Under the pieces are notes generated by a model, which was given only the letters and a program-made list of their open reading frames with translations, searched no databases and was not told where the DNA came from. Below are positions 19,640 through 20,000 of a stretch of 20,000 nt of DNA, one piece after another. The position numbers and the translations under genes are program-made. Origin of the DNA: Chiloscyllium plagiosum (Eukaryota); NCBI RefSeq assembly GCF_004010195.1, contig NC_057749.1, positions 16,216,966 through 16,236,965 of the forward strand, written 5' to 3'. Numbering within the stretch: position 1 is the first letter of the stretch; each line of letters starts with the position of its first letter.

Positions 19640-20000
19640 AGTTGAAACTTTATTGCTGGAACAGCACAGCAGGTCAGGCAGCATCCAGGGAACAGGAGAT
19701 TCGACGTTTCGGGCACAGGCCCTTCTTCAGGAATGAGCAGAGAGTGTTCAGCAGGCGAAGATAAAAGGTAGGGAGGAGGGACTTGGAGGAGGGGCGTTGG
19801 AAATGTGATAGGTGGAAAGAGGTCAAGGTGAGGGTGATAGGTCGGAGTAGGATGGAGGCGGAGAGGACAAGAAGAAGACTGCAGGTCAGGAAGGCGGTGC
19901 CAGGCGGGAGGGATCCGGCTGAGACAAGGGGGGGGGAGGGGGGATGAAGAAACTGGTGAAGTCCAAGTTCATCCCCTGCGGTTGGAGGGCTCCCAGTCGG
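19640..20000 (-). mobile_element. Penelope-like element 3' end, continuing beyond the window
   Basis: The minus strand at the window end translates RLGALQPQGMNLDFTSFFIP (PLE endonuclease tail), followed by a pyrimidine-rich region and the terminal repeat. Same layout as 4478-4889. Confidence 0.88.
19699..19734 (-). ncRNA. Minimal hammerhead-ribozyme-like motif, intact core, sense to STRC pre-mRNA
   Basis: Minus strand reads ATTC-CTGAAGA-A-GGGC(CTGT)GCCC-GAAA-CGTC-GAAT, with a perfect 4-bp stem I and 4-bp stem II. Confidence 0.68.

Noticed and set aside
18556..19684. Cys-rich and His-rich repetitive ORFs (VLRECCTV, HSLSTDPL)
   Set aside because: Artefacts of a 33-bp tandem repeat whose period is a multiple of three; no independent coding evidence.

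Overview
Eukaryotic, repeat-rich vertebrate DNA. The repeat complement suggests a cartilaginous fish (shark); this is inferred, not searched. The only well-supported protein-coding gene is the 3' end of stereocilin (STRC) on the minus strand. I rebuilt eight GT-AG exons by hand (18164 down to the stop at 6331; 1137 nt, 378 aa, intron phases consistent). They end in a GPI-signal-like tail, followed by an AATAAA. The rest is mostly transposon relics: CR1/L2-type LINE fragments, a truncated L1 with a 16-bp target-site duplication (TSD), DeuSINE-like SINEs, several minisatellites, and at least eight Penelope-like element (PLE) pieces. The most notable non-genic signal is a minimal hammerhead-ribozyme motif in the PLE terminal repeats. 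Three copies have intact cores, and one of them lies on the STRC pre-mRNA strand. Several PLE insertions are reduced to TSD-flanked fold-back mini-elements. Hammerheads in PLEs are known in general, so any novelty lies in these families and their context. Most ORFs in the supplied track are spurious. There are two small assembly gaps (4890-4925, 16725-16745).
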